Assembly (NCBI GenBank): GCA_015680685.1
Contig: MNCI01002682.1
Coordinates: 1,204,152-1,268,151 of the forward strand
From: Gnetum montanum
Taxonomy: Eukaryota > Plantae > Gnetophyta
Direction of reading: 5' to 3'
Length of the DNA stretch: 64,000 bases
Positions 25,901-38,300 of this stretch are shown in pieces. Position 1 is the first letter of the stretch. Every line of letters begins with the position of its first letter. The position numbers were made by a program, and so were the translations under genes. The notes under the pieces were generated by a model. It was given only the letters and a program-made list of their open reading frames with translations, had not been told where the DNA came from and searched no databases.

Positions 25901-27395
25901 TGCACTTAGGCATCTTTCTAGTAGTTGTAGTGAAGCCCTTGCAGTTTGTTTCCATATGAGTTAGACTATTTTCCCAAGTGCATGCCCACAGTGTGATGTT
26001 TGTAATTGTACAACACCTTTATTTGAGTGTGACGTACTTGGACATGTACATGACCAAAAATAAAGATCGAGATTACTTCATCATTGTAGCATTCACTTAG
26101 TTTTAATTTTTTAATTTTTATTGTTATTTATTATTTTCCTAGTTAATATTCCTTTATCATCATTTACTATTCCTATTGTTAAATGCAGAATGAGTACGAC
26201 TTAATCACGAGCATTTAAGTGTGACTACTTGGTAACCCAGTAGTGTACCTAGGATCTACGCATGGTAATCCCAGTAGTAGTCGTGCACGAGGTCCAAGAT
26301 GTATACAGATGATTAAGGAATAGATGCTCATCACACTTAGGCTAGCTTAGACTTCATTTCCTATTTCTTATTAGTTTTATCAAGATTATTTTCCATTATC
26401 TCTAGGAGTAGCACTAGTTTAGGATTACATCATACACCTCACTCTGGACTAAACCATATGTGACAAAGCAGATACTAGTCTAGGTGGGAAGACAACAAAC
26501 TGCGATCAATGTGTAACTATCTAGATACCACAACTAGCCTATCCACGGAGTTCGACTAGATCATGCATGAACGCTTGTATTCGTATGGTTGAGTGTAGGG
26601 GTACCTCACCACTCATCAGGTTGCTCTTGCATTCTTCAGACCAAAGGGAATCATGGTGTAACAAAAGGTATTCCAAAGGTTCATGAAGATCATACAAGGT
26701 TGATGTTCTAGGTTAATCCTAATTTGGTTGTATTCCAAGAATCCATCCATAAAGGATAATAAGGCATGTCTAACCATAGTATTGATAAGTTGATTAATAC
26801 TAGGTAAAGGGAAATTGTCTTTGATAGTTTCCTCATTTAGGTCTCAAAAATCAATGTAGATACATATACTTCCATTTTTCTTAGAGACTATCACTATGTT
26901 GGACACCCATTCTACATAATTGATAGCTCAAATGAAACTAGCATGATATAATTTTTTGATTTCATCATGAACTTCTAGGGCTAAATCTAGTCTAATTTTA
27001 TAAACATTTTGCTTAATTGGTTTGATACTAGTATTGAGTATGATGTTATGTTGTACTAGGCTTGGGTTAAGAGCTAGCATATCTTCATATGACTAGGCAA
27101 AAGTCTTAATGTTTTTCTAGAGAAAATTGGTGATGTCTTGAGCTTGCTAAGGTTCTAGTGAAGAACTTAATTTTAGTGTTTTATCCTCACCACTATGTGT
27201 CATGACAAGAACCTCAACTAGAGAGTCCTTGGTGATATCGCCAGCCTCAAGGTCAAGGGTTTTAACTAGGTTTTTAGGCCACTTTATAGGTTTCTCTATC
27301 AAGGCTATGTGGTCGATTGGACTCTTAAGATTAGGATCTAGGCAATTAAAGTCAATGAATTGTTCAACATCACCATGAGGTCCACTTAGACTCAA
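22992..27395 (-). pseudogene. pol: Decayed pol: RT - RH - aRH - INT (interrupted by solo LTR)
   Basis: WVSNIVIVSKKNGSICIYIDF, LSFMDGFLEYNQI, MIPFGLKNARATYQRVM, FPCTYNVVEYEGLI, IKGGSKLVVTQV, VHEGVCGGH, ITATKYFTKWIRA, NWKGPFLI, ends LKPYYI*. Confidence 0.92.
25669..26618 (+). mobile_element. Solo LTR, family A, inserted in RT
   Basis: TGATGA...TCATCA, TSD GGTTG (25664-25668 / 26619-26623); removal restores FGLKNARATYQR. Confidence 0.95.
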
Positions 27396-28430
27396 AGGAC
27401 AATTGAATTGCTCCTAGATGTCCATACTTGAATCTTGCATAATAATGATAAGCACATTAAGTGACACCAATGTGATAAAATGAGTAAACAATGCCAAGAT
27501 AAAGTAAAATAATCTAGCAATAGCCAAAATAAATTAAAATAAAGGCCAAATAGTGTTTAAATAAGGCCACTTAAAGGTTACTAGAGGAAGGTGTAGACAA
27601 CTAAGGAAAAATAGAGGTTAAATAAGGTTAAATGAAGGCAAAACAATGATAAAATGGAGTTCGATGAAGGCTAAATGATGGTCAAACTCCATTTGATGAT
27701 GTTCATTAAGGTAAAGTAAGGGAAACATAGGCCATAAAAAGGAGAGTTAAGATAGATAGAACACACTAAAGGTCAAATAGCATTAAATTAGATAAAAAAA
27801 ATAAACCAAATAATGGATAAATGAGGCCAAATGATAATTTAACAATGAACAATCACTCCTAGAAGATGTCGAACAAGGCCAAAACATAGTCAACAAGGAT
27901 CATAGGGGCTAAAATAAAGTAAACAGGATAGACCCAAGGCTCACTGTTGTGGAGTGAGGATAAATGATAGCCAAATAATGTCAAATAAGGCTCAAATGAT
28001 GGTCAAATCCCATCAAATGATGATTTAAAGGATAAAACAAAGGTATAATAAGGTCCAATGGTATAAGTTGTTATCAAACCCAGTTTTCCAATGTCGAGTG
28101 ACACCAAATGATAAAAACATTTGGTGGAACAATGCCAAATAATGCTCCAATGACTAAGAACAAAGCCAAATGACATTAAAGGGCCAAACAATGAAGAATA
28201 ATATGCATAATAAGGTCTAAACAAGTTGAAATGCCATGGAGTAAGGCCAAATAAGTTAGGATGAAAAATGTGTTGAAACGATGATTAATATTGGTCAAAC
28301 AAGGTTAAATTTTGCTAGTTTTAGGCCTTAACAGGCCATGGTGTAGGTCTATAGGGTTGACAAGTGAGTTTGGACACTTAGTGAGGTTGTTTACAAGTTG
28401 TTTGAAGTCAAAGTTGAGACCTTTTATTGT

Positions 28431-30518
28431 GACTACATTGGCCTAGCTAGTACTATGCTAGCTAGCATAGTTGGGATAAGTCTTAGTGTAGTTGGTGATA
28501 ATAGATGGTTTTCTAGGTTTGTTATGATCATTTTTTGGGTTCTAATGATTTGTATGGCTAGCACAGTGGATTGGGTTTGGAGATTGATGGATTTTGGCAT
28601 CATTTTGATCCTTTAGAGGCTAAAAATGATGTGAAAACTGGTGACTACACTTGGACTATGATGGCCAACGTAATCTTAGCATAGATGTATGTAAAAAGTA
28701 AATTTTTATAGTCTAAAAGTTGAAATTTCTATTCCATCAACTTCCTAGGATGGTGCAAGGTCCTAGAGAGGCTGAACAAGCCATTTGAAAGTTAAAATGG
28801 GCTATTGCAAGTGGAGTTTTGGTGACAACACCTCATGACTACACTAGCCATTATAGTTGAGGGTTGCTATAGTGTAGATGGACCAAACACTAAACTCATG
28901 ATTGAACAAGGCCAAACTACAACTAGCCTTAGCATTTTAGGGTTCTAAGCTTCTTGAATCAAGTTTTTGGCCATTTTCAATGTTGTGATGTTGGTTTAAC
29001 CACCCTAGGGTAGGGATTATGTTGGGATTATGCTAGCGAACTTAGTCCTAGATCTACCTCAGTGCAGATTAATGGAATTTGGCATTCTCTTGGTCAAAGC
29101 AAGGTGAAATTATGGCTATCCATGTCAAGAAATGTTATGGGCTTCTCAAGTCAAATGTTAGGCTAGTGTAGTTAAGCCTAGCCTTAGTGTAGATGGAGGA
29201 GACATGGAATTTCCAAGATCAAAATGAAGTGAATTTGCAATTGGTTAAGGCCAGGTAAGGTTATGGGTTTCCAAGTCAAGTTTGAAGTTATTTGGAGTGT
29301 CAAATCAGTAGTCAAATCAATCTTGAACCATGACTACGCTACGACTATGCTGGCCAACATAGTCCTGGCCTACTCAAGTGTAGTTACATGCTAAACTTTG
29401 ATTTTTAGTGGAACTTCATGATGAGTAGACTAGGTTTTGGATTTCTTGGGTCATTGTTATTTAGAACTAGGGTTTTAGGCACAAGATGATCAATTTTGAT
29501 GGTTGTTTTTATTCTTACTATCCATACACCTCTAGAATACAGTAGCTAGCATAGTGTCAATGTAGTTAAGGGGTGTAGGCTAAGTTTTGTTGATTTTTAA
29601 CTTAGTTTGCAAGGTTTAGTGTTCTTTGAAGTCTCCAACAGGGTTTTGAAGTTGAGATGATTCTTTAAGAAGTCTATTTAACTTTTTCAAGACCTATTTT
29701 ATTACTTTGAAAATGGGACTACATTAGGACTACATTAGCCAGTGTAGTTTCAAGCTTCCTTAGTGTATTCCCAAGGTGAAAAGGAGATTTGGCCTTCTTT
29801 TATGTCATATTTTGCCAATACAAGGTCACTGGAGGTTCGGAAAGAGTATTAAAGGCCAAGATATGTCAGTTTGAAGTTATTTTTGGTTTGTAGTGGTCTA
29901 TTTTCTCCTAGCTATGTTGGGACTATGTTGGCCAATCTAGTCTTGGCCATCCCTAATGTAATTTAAAGGTGGAAGTAGTAATTATTCCATTTTTTTTTGT
30001 TTTCTTGCATTTTAGCCTTGTGTCATTTTGGAGGCTATTTTTGGCTTTTGGTCTTCAGATCTTGGTCAACTACACTTGGAGTACACTGGCTAGTGTAGTT
30101 GAGGTCTTCCTTAGTGTAATCCATGTACCAGAAATGGTTTTTTATGCTTTTTGACTAGTCATGTGAAGTTTCAAAGTTGTGAGAGGCTTTAGCTAGGGTT
30201 TGGTGTATGGTGTGATAATTTTGGAGTCAACTGGAAGTTTGGTTGATGGTAGAAGTTACTATCCCACTTGGGACTATGCTGGCCAACATAGTTAGGCTAT
30301 TGGCTAGTGTAGTTATTGGAAATAGTAAGTTGTGATATGATTTCTAGCTTCTCTTTGTGTATAGTGATTTCCAATGTTAACACCTAGTTTTCTTTTTTGG
30401 GCATAAGGTTTCTTGGTCCAAGTATGACATCGATGGATGCCTAAAAGGTGGGTTCTAGTAGTGGTTGGAGTTTGAAAGTCATTTCAAGGATTTTGGATGC
30501 TTAAACCCCAGTGTAGTC
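28431..30518. repeat. Periodic array of palindromic GACTACGCTG-derived motif clusters
   Basis: Clusters at ~28431, 28643, 28824, 29014, 29160, 29332, 29540, 29717, 29910, 30068, 30258, 30510; undecayed GACTACGCT at 29332. Confidence 0.85.
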
Positions 30519-30945
30519 ACCATGGAGAAGCTAAAAATCCAAGTGTTTTAGAATTTTCATTAGCTTGTTGGAGAGGAGCCTAGTGGATCCCACCCTATGT
30601 TTGAATTGTAACAAGAATTGTTTTTCCATAAATATAATGTTTTCCTACTTTCTAATTGTAATCATTTAGTCATGTGGAACTTTTGTAAATGTTTTGGGAA
30701 ACTAGGGCTTTGGTGATCAATGCTTAAGCTTGGGATTGGTTACCAAATTACAATTTTGCACAAATCATAAATCTCTCATCACTCCTAACCTACAACACCT
30801 AGCATGAGAGATCTAATCCTATTTTTCCCTCAACCACACCTATTCTTAGCATAGGCTAGCTATCCTATCTTAAGGAGTAGGTGCAATTGCTGCAGGAGCT
30901 CAAAAGGTTTGAAGGTTTTGTCAATTTTGGTGCTACTTTTTAAAA

Positions 30946-33214
30946 ATGTCAGAGGATATCTACAAATAGTAAGAATCTAGCCTTATAGGAGGCTAACACT
31001 ATAGAAAGAAGGCTCTCCAACATACCATAGCCCTTGATTGGTGAAGGTTCTTACGCTATAACCCCCAAGTGCACAATTTCTAACAATTTCGTAAGAAGCT
31101 TTGCTAGAAACTTGGGCATGTTGTTTGTGTATTTGTTAAAATAGAATTTCCTAAAATTCATACATTATATTTAGGTGTGTTCATGAGTTTTCAATTTTGC
31201 TATGGTGTTGGGATTAGCCTACACCTAGTTATCAATTTGATTTTAGTCTTCTCTATGCATTTTTGAGCTTTTCCCACCAAAAAACAATGCTAATTTTGTA
31301 TTTTTTTTTGTGTGGAAACGGTTAGGATTTCTTGGTTTTCATGGCTATAGAATTGTAGTTATGTGTTTAATGGTAGAAATTGTGTTTGAACCATTAGATT
31401 CTAAGTTATGGTAAATTCTCTATGAATTTTTCCATAGGCCAGTACATAGGGGTTTTAGGCAATTTTTGCTATTTTTCATGTCATTTTCCTAATTTTTTTT
31501 CTTTGTAAAAATGGCTAATAATTTTTGTGTTCTCAGGTTTTGGATTTTTAGTTTATCATTTAATGGTTCAAATAGTTTTGGAATCACTAAATTCCAATTT
31601 TTGGTTAATTTTTGATGACTTTTTTTGTAAACTAGCGCAAGGTGAGGTTTTTGGCTTTCATAGTTTACTCCTTTGAAGATGAGCAACGTTGGCATTTTGA
31701 AAATTTTTTCTAGCCATCATCCCAAGTTCTTGGGGATTCCTTGAGGTGTTTGGAAGGTTTTAGATTTAATTCCACCAATTTAATTTGTTTTCATATTTTT
31801 TACTAGTGGATTACTATAGCCATTTTCTTCAATTTTGTGTTTTTGTGTAATTTTTGTGGAATTTTGTTAAGGCATTGTGTGGTATTTTAAATTTTTTTCA
31901 AGCTTGGAACTACAATTCAGATGTTAAATTCCATTGAATTTTATCCCCATGTAGCTTCAAACTAAAAAAAAAAATTTTAGTTCTAATTTGTCATTTTTGT
32001 TCTAGCATAGACAATGTTATACAATTGCAATTTTGGGTGTGGAAACTGCAAACCCCCCCTTCCCTATCTATACAAGCAACATTGGTATTGTTTTGATATA
32101 TTTATAGTGGTAATTAAATGTTAATGTTATTTACATGTTGGATTTTGGTTTTTAATAGTCTATTAAAATTTTCTAGAATTTTTAACTAGCTTTCCTAGAG
32201 TTTTTACTACCTCTAATTTCATCGTGAACTAGGATTTCTAGTAAAATTGTTTAAAGTTCAAATTGGTGTTTTGGGATTGTTGTTGTAGGTAAAAGTTTGT
32301 TTTTATGTTTTTAGTGTTTCTACATAAAAGAAGTTTACAATTTTATGCATATCTTACCATGAAAACTACCATTGATTGTAGCATGCTACATGGTTTTACT
32401 TGGTCTTTCATGAAAGTTGTTCATAGGCTTGCTTTAGTTCTAAGTGTTTAAATTTGTGGATTTGGTTGCTTGGGTTTACATGAAAATGTTGATAATGGGG
32501 TCATACTAATTTTTTATTTTTGGTTACCTATTTATCTTCAATTACAGTTATTCATGGTTCTAAAGGCTATTGATATTATATTGTGCAAGGCCTTTTTCAA
32601 ATCCATCCTAGTGGTCATTAAGCTGGTGAGGATCCTTCGTTATATCCACATGCTAGGTCCCAACACCCCACCTACCCACATGATGTTGGAACATGGATTT
32701 CTATGGTTTAAACTAGGGACAAAAGAGTTTCTGGCTTTTTTGCTACAAAACTTTAGTGTGATGATGTGGTCATACTTAGCATCTCGCATAGTGGTCATTA
32801 TCATAGAACCCCTATTGCCCCAATATTCTAGCTTGATTGTCAAATTCATTGAAGATGATCTTGAAACACATGTTGAGGGTGAAGTACTTGATGACGTGTA
32901 TACAAGATGCACTCATAAGATGTCCAAGATTTGGAACATGCCCAAGTTTAACTTGTATAATGCCAACAATACATTGCTAGTTGGTCACCACATTAACACA
33001 TTATTTCAAAATCCTCCTAGTACTTTCTATTGCATGGAAGAGTAAGTATGGCTTTAAGTTTTCCTTTTTTACTTATCTTACTTATTAGTTATTAGGCTAC
33101 TTGGATTTAACAATTTTCTTTGCTTAAATTGGTATATTTGTAGGTATAGGGTGCATGACAAAGAATTTTTCAAAAGTGACTAGCTCATATCCTTGGCCCA
33201 AATAGCATTGGGGA
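30946..33214 (+). pseudogene. Putative 3-exon accessory gene antisense to family C element (exons ~30946-31090, 32548-33041, 33144-33214+), product unknown
   Basis: Donors GTAAG (31091) and GTAAGT (33042), acceptors TTACAG (32547) and TTTGTAG (33143); intron phases join the frames; one internal frameshift needed; truncated by insertion at 33215. Confidence 0.5.
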
Positions 33215-34771
33215 TGAAACAACACTAAAAATTCATGTTGTGAACATCATTTTTAAACTTGAGGTAAGGATTCATTGTAAATGTGAGATATGTAGTCCAT
33301 GAGCTAGAATTTTTCATACTTCAACTTTTTAAGACCAAAAAATGCTTCAAAATTTGTTATTGCCTCACTTCCCAAGTAGAAAAATGTATCTCATGTATAT
33401 ATTTGGGCTTGGGAAGGCTGAAAACACCAAATTATATGGCTAAAATTGGCATTTCCATGGGTTTTGTAGGGGTATAGCCCCAAGTACGCTAGAGCCATCT
33501 ATAGTAGACATCAATGCTATAGTAGCCAGCATAGTCACCACCAAGACTTAGGAAATGTGCAACATTGGAGTTGTTGGAATTTTCATTTTTTCACTAATAT
33601 CTAGCATAGTCATCCCAAGTCTTCAATGCTTAGCATAGACAACATTCTCCACCAAGCATGGCACTTTTCAATGGACTCCACTATTTCCACAGTTTCCAAC
33701 ATTTTGCACATTTTCCACCACCACTTTTACCATTTTCCAACAACCTTAGAATAGTCCACCAAAGCTAGTGTACTAAGGATGGTGCTAGCATAGTCAAAAA
33801 TTTCCATTTACTATTTATAGTAAATGTATGGGTTTTGTGACCATAGTCCATACCAAACTTACTATAGATGGTAACTACACTAAGAGTGGATGATTGTTGC
33901 AACCTGCACATTGATACTAATCTATCAGCAATCACAACAGTAGTGCATAGATCCAAAAATAGCCACACCAATCCTATAAATACCCAACGTGAACATCATT
34001 TTCAGGTCCAAAACACTTTTTCATTTCTAGGACTTTAACATCTTTACAACCGTTGGTAGCAGTTCTAAACTTTACACTCGTAACAACAATTTTGGCATTT
34101 TTCACAACCCAAAAAACCCATGGCAATGTTACTTTCACTTTTTGGTAGTGGAAATTGGCACTATGCTATGCATAGAGACTTTCATGTAGCTTCCATTGCA
34201 CTAAAAAGTGAAAACCCATTTCCATAACCACATTGTCGACCCTAGTGGAAATCAACGAAAAGTTGCTAGAAATTGGAGCTGGGAAGAGACCAGATCATGG
34301 AGTTGTAGTAGAACATAGCCTACCTTCTTCAATGGACTTCAAGCTCCTACAAGAAACTTCTAGTACCCATGGCATAAAATTTTTACTTCGTGAATCTTAT
34401 TCTTTATTTTTATTTAAATAAACTATTGTTCATGTTGTGCAAGTTTTAGTTTATGTTTTCATTTCTACATTTGTTTCTAAAACCTTTATTTTTTTAACTT
34501 CATTTCTGTTTCCATTTTCAAAGCTATTTACCTTTTTGTTTATGTTTACATTTATGTTTTCATTTTCATTTCTTGATTTTATCTACATCTACATTTATGT
34601 CTTAACTACCATTTTCATTTACATTTTATAAGTCCCTAGGTAATTGGGAAGACTATCTAGGGCACCTTGAATCATGGTTTTTTGGAGGCCCTTGGGATTC
34701 GGGGTTAAAACTATTCTAGTGCTCAAATCTTTTGGTTTCCATTCCAGCAATTAAAATATCCAACACCAATA
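33215..34771 (+). repeat. 5' LTR, family C copy 1
   Basis: Starts TGAAACAACAC, TATAAATA at 33975-33982, ends CACCAATA before PBS. Confidence 0.85.
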
Positions 34772-34777
34772 GTTTTT

Positions 34778-34794
34778 TGGTGCTAAAAGAAGGG
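34778..34794 (+). promoter_or_regulatory. Primer binding site, tRNA-Asn (decayed)
   Basis: TGGTGCTAAAAGAAGGG vs TGGCGCTAGAAGGAGGG. Confidence 0.8.
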
Positions 34795-35054
34795 CCTTAG
34801 CCCAAATTCTTGGCAAAAAACCTTTTTTCAACTATCATGTTTTCAAAATTTCAAATTTGTCAACATATTTCATGAAAATCTTGTAAACCAATGTAGTTGG
34901 ATTTTCATTGTATTTTCATAGTAGTTGCTAGAGTTCTAGGGGCTAACATAGTCTACTAGAAAATCCAAATCTAGAGAAATCAAATCCATATGCTGGGAAA
35001 TCCAATGGAATAAACCACATTTTTTGCTCCCACCATCCAATGTAGTTGCTTGAG

Positions 35055-35215
35055 ATTTTCCATTCCAGAATCCAATTCCATTGAGAAAATCCATTTCCAT
35101 CAAGAAAACATAATTCTATTAGGAAAACCCATTTATGTTGGGAAAACCAAATTCCATTGGGAAATCCAATCCCATTGGGAAAATCCAATTCTATTGGGAA
35201 AACCTAATTCCATTC
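35055..35215 (+). repeat. ~19-20 bp tandem repeat in 5' UTR (also ~50945-51105)
   Basis: TTGGGAAA(A)TCCAATTCCA units. Confidence 0.85.
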
Positions 35216-35386
35216 AGTGAATAAACCATTTTTTTCCATGTTCATCACTTAGTAGTAGTTTCCTAAGTGCTTTTTCCATTTTTAGTCAACTATTTTAGTG
35301 GATTATCCTACTTATTATGTTTTTACTAAAAATAGTAAAAAAGGTAAAACTGCATTTTCATCATGTCTTTTAGCTGATCAACCATC

Positions 35387-38300
35387 TTGCCCCTTAACTT
35401 GACAAATATGGAATCCAACCAAGATCTAGTTCTTGTTTATGATCCAAAAGACCTCATGGTCATAGAACAAAGGAAATCACGTAGACAAAGGGGCAAAAAC
35501 CCATATTTTGTGGTTATCAATAAGGATTTTTACAACCTCCTTTGTGCCAAGATACAAGTTAAACTCTTAATACCATGCTCTAAATCTAATGCTAAGCATC
35601 ACTTCAAAATCATACACTGGTATGGAAAAGAATACATTCCATCCCTTTATGACCAAGTTCCCCTCATAGAATTGTACACACAAATGCTCATATAACTCAT
35701 AGAGATTGATGAGTTTAGTGAGAGAATTAATTCAAAAAACTTTCAAGAAGAGGAAGATGAGTTTGAGGCCGAATAGGAGTTGGACACCTTTATTGGAAGT
35801 CTTTTCTAATCTTTAGCTTCCCAAATAGCTGAATCCAACTCCACATCTCTTACCTCATCAATAGGATAAGTCCGTTGGGCCAACTCTCCTGCTATGTATC
35901 ATACCATGTTTGGGTCCACACCCATTATCGCCACATGCTAGACACAACCTGTGTCTCATTCTACTTCCTTATTGTCATCAATGCTCTTTATAATGTAACC
36001 TCACTCTATTCACCTAGCCCTAGTGACGTCTACCTCTCCATCTTTCTTTGTCATTCTAGCAAGACCCTCATTGGACCTCCAAGAAATACAAGTCCCTCAT
36101 ACTTCTTTCATCCCCTTCATACCACAAGTTCCAACTCAAACATCTTTTTCACTATTTGGCCCACTGATGACCACCATAACCTAGCCTCTCCCTTCCATAC
36201 CATAACCCACCATGAGGCCACATGCATCTAAATTAACATTACAACCATTCCTACAAGCACCAAAATCTATGGGGATGTCCCAAGGCTTGAATCAAGCCTT
36301 CCAAATGATCCAAGACCTCACTAAAGAGCTGTGGAAACTTAGGGAATGTACAATCCAGTTGGCCAAGGTTCTAGATTTTTACTAGGATGATCCTATAAGT
36401 GTTAAAGTGCCTCAAATGACTTTGCTTATAGGTATGCCCATACAAAACTTTACAAAATACAATGAAGGAGATCCCAATGCATACTTGGTTATCTTCTGGT
36501 TTGAGTGCCTCTTTTTACAAGCTTGGCTACATATGATACTGAGGATTTTTCCCATGTATCTCAAGGGCAAAGTTCTAGAATGGTATCAAACCTTGCCTAG
36601 GGGTTCCATCTCTTCCCTTGAAAACTTGATAGACTAATTTTCCAATCACTTTAGACACAAATTAAAGTTGTATGCCACATTGGATCAACTAATGAAGGTG
36701 AAGTAGGGGCCACTTGAATTGATCAAAATGTTCATTCAAATATGGAACTTAGCACTTAACAAGATTCTAGAGCCTATTGTTGAAACTCACCACTTGGCAA
36801 TCTATAAGGTAGCAGTAAATGAATTTATCAAGTCAAAGCTTTACTACCTAGAAGCTTGGTCATTAAGCTAAGCCTTCTCATAAACCAAGAACATTGAGAA
36901 GGTAGTTGAGGCAAGCAACAACCTAGCCTATGTGGCCTATAAAAATGAACATGCAAGGAGGGATAGGAATAAAACCAAAGAACATACAACCATGGCCACA
37001 ATAGAAAAAAATAAAAAATAAGGAGAGAGTAGGAGATCACCACCACATAGCACATCTCCCAACTCATTGCAAAAATCCACTTCCTATGCCCCAAATTAGC
37101 CAAGATCAAACTTTGGGCAGAAGGATAGGTCTAAGTATACAAGGTTTCCTCTAAAGCCCTCTGAGCTCTTAGAATAGTCTTTTAAAAACAACTATATACA
37201 AAATAAGAAATTTTCTGAGGAGGCTCGTAAGAGGCATGATCATCTTTGTAACATAGCTAAAGTCCCAATGATAGCTAATAGAGATGATCCAAAGCTACCG
37301 AAGTACTTTATCCTAGATAGGTATTGTCATTATCATCAAATGGCTAGTCATGATACTAATTTTTTCCTAGAATTAAAGGATGATTTCAAGAAGAGGATAA
37401 ACCATGGAGAGTTGGTACTGAATGAGCCCAACTCTCCAAGCATTGATAAAAAATCCTATACTGTAGCCCCATTCATGGAAACCAAATGGTCTAATTCTCC
37501 TAGGGAATTGTTTGTCATCAGAGTAAAATCACAAGCAGAAAAAAAAAGCCTAAAAAGCCCTTCATTATATGGGTATCACCTCCTCTAGACCTTTAGAGAC
37601 CTTTCATCATACATGTCCCACCTTTAGAGACCTCAACTTCACAACCAAGACTAGAATTTACTAATTCTCCAAAGTCTAGGGAACCATTTGTTATTCAAGT
37701 ACCTTCACCTTCAACAAATAAGCCTATACCGATTCATGATCAAAGACCACATATAGTGGTCCACAACTTAGAGTTTAGCAAGAAACCATCATCCCAATGA
37801 TGATGAAAGTAACTTATCACCACACTAACAACAAAGCCCATTGAAGATGGTCGATAACAAAAGGCTTTGAAAAAAGCTACATAAAGGCCAACTACCCCCA
37901 TGGACAAGGGGCTTGAAGCACATGAACTAAAACCTAAGTTGCAAACTCTAGGAAGGATGGAGGAGGTTAAAACCACTAAGGCCAAAAGGTCACAAGCCAA
38001 TGGAAAGAGTTTCGTTACAATAATGAATCAAACCAAACAGTCCCTTAAGTAAAAGAACACATCAGTAAACTTGTACGACTTGGTCATGACCTCTTCTATT
38101 TACAAAGATGCACTAGCTCAAGTGTTAACCTCTATCACTATGAGCAGAGACATGGCCAATCAATAATTAACCCAATTTTTCATTAAGTAAGATTTTCTTA
38201 GAGAAAATGGGCATTAATTTATGCTCAACTTCCATGATAGTGAAGTTAAAATTCACTCTCAAAATGAAGAAGTGCTATATGCTCCTCCCCTTATTACTAT

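Larger units (their letters stand above)
20527..33214 (-). mobile_element. Family C Tat/Ogre-like retrotransposon, 3' portion (3' LTR, INT, aRH, RH, RT, PR-RT spacer)
   Basis: LTR homologous to 33215-34771; pol motifs; spacer blocks homologous to reverse complement of the 40.3-44.3 kb region; interrupted at 33215 by another family C copy. Confidence 0.8.

Noticed and set aside
32470-33045. 191-aa single-exon ORF as a host gene
   Set aside because: Starts at TTG inside T-rich intron-like sequence and ends at a splice donor; better read as exon 2 of a decayed element-borne gene
33765-34631. Recurrent 60-100 aa ORFs in LTRs and UTRs (also 46076-46543, 49648-50032, 43668, 59603, 1341)
   Set aside because: Recurrence reflects repeat homology; low-complexity or shadow frames with no recognisable motif
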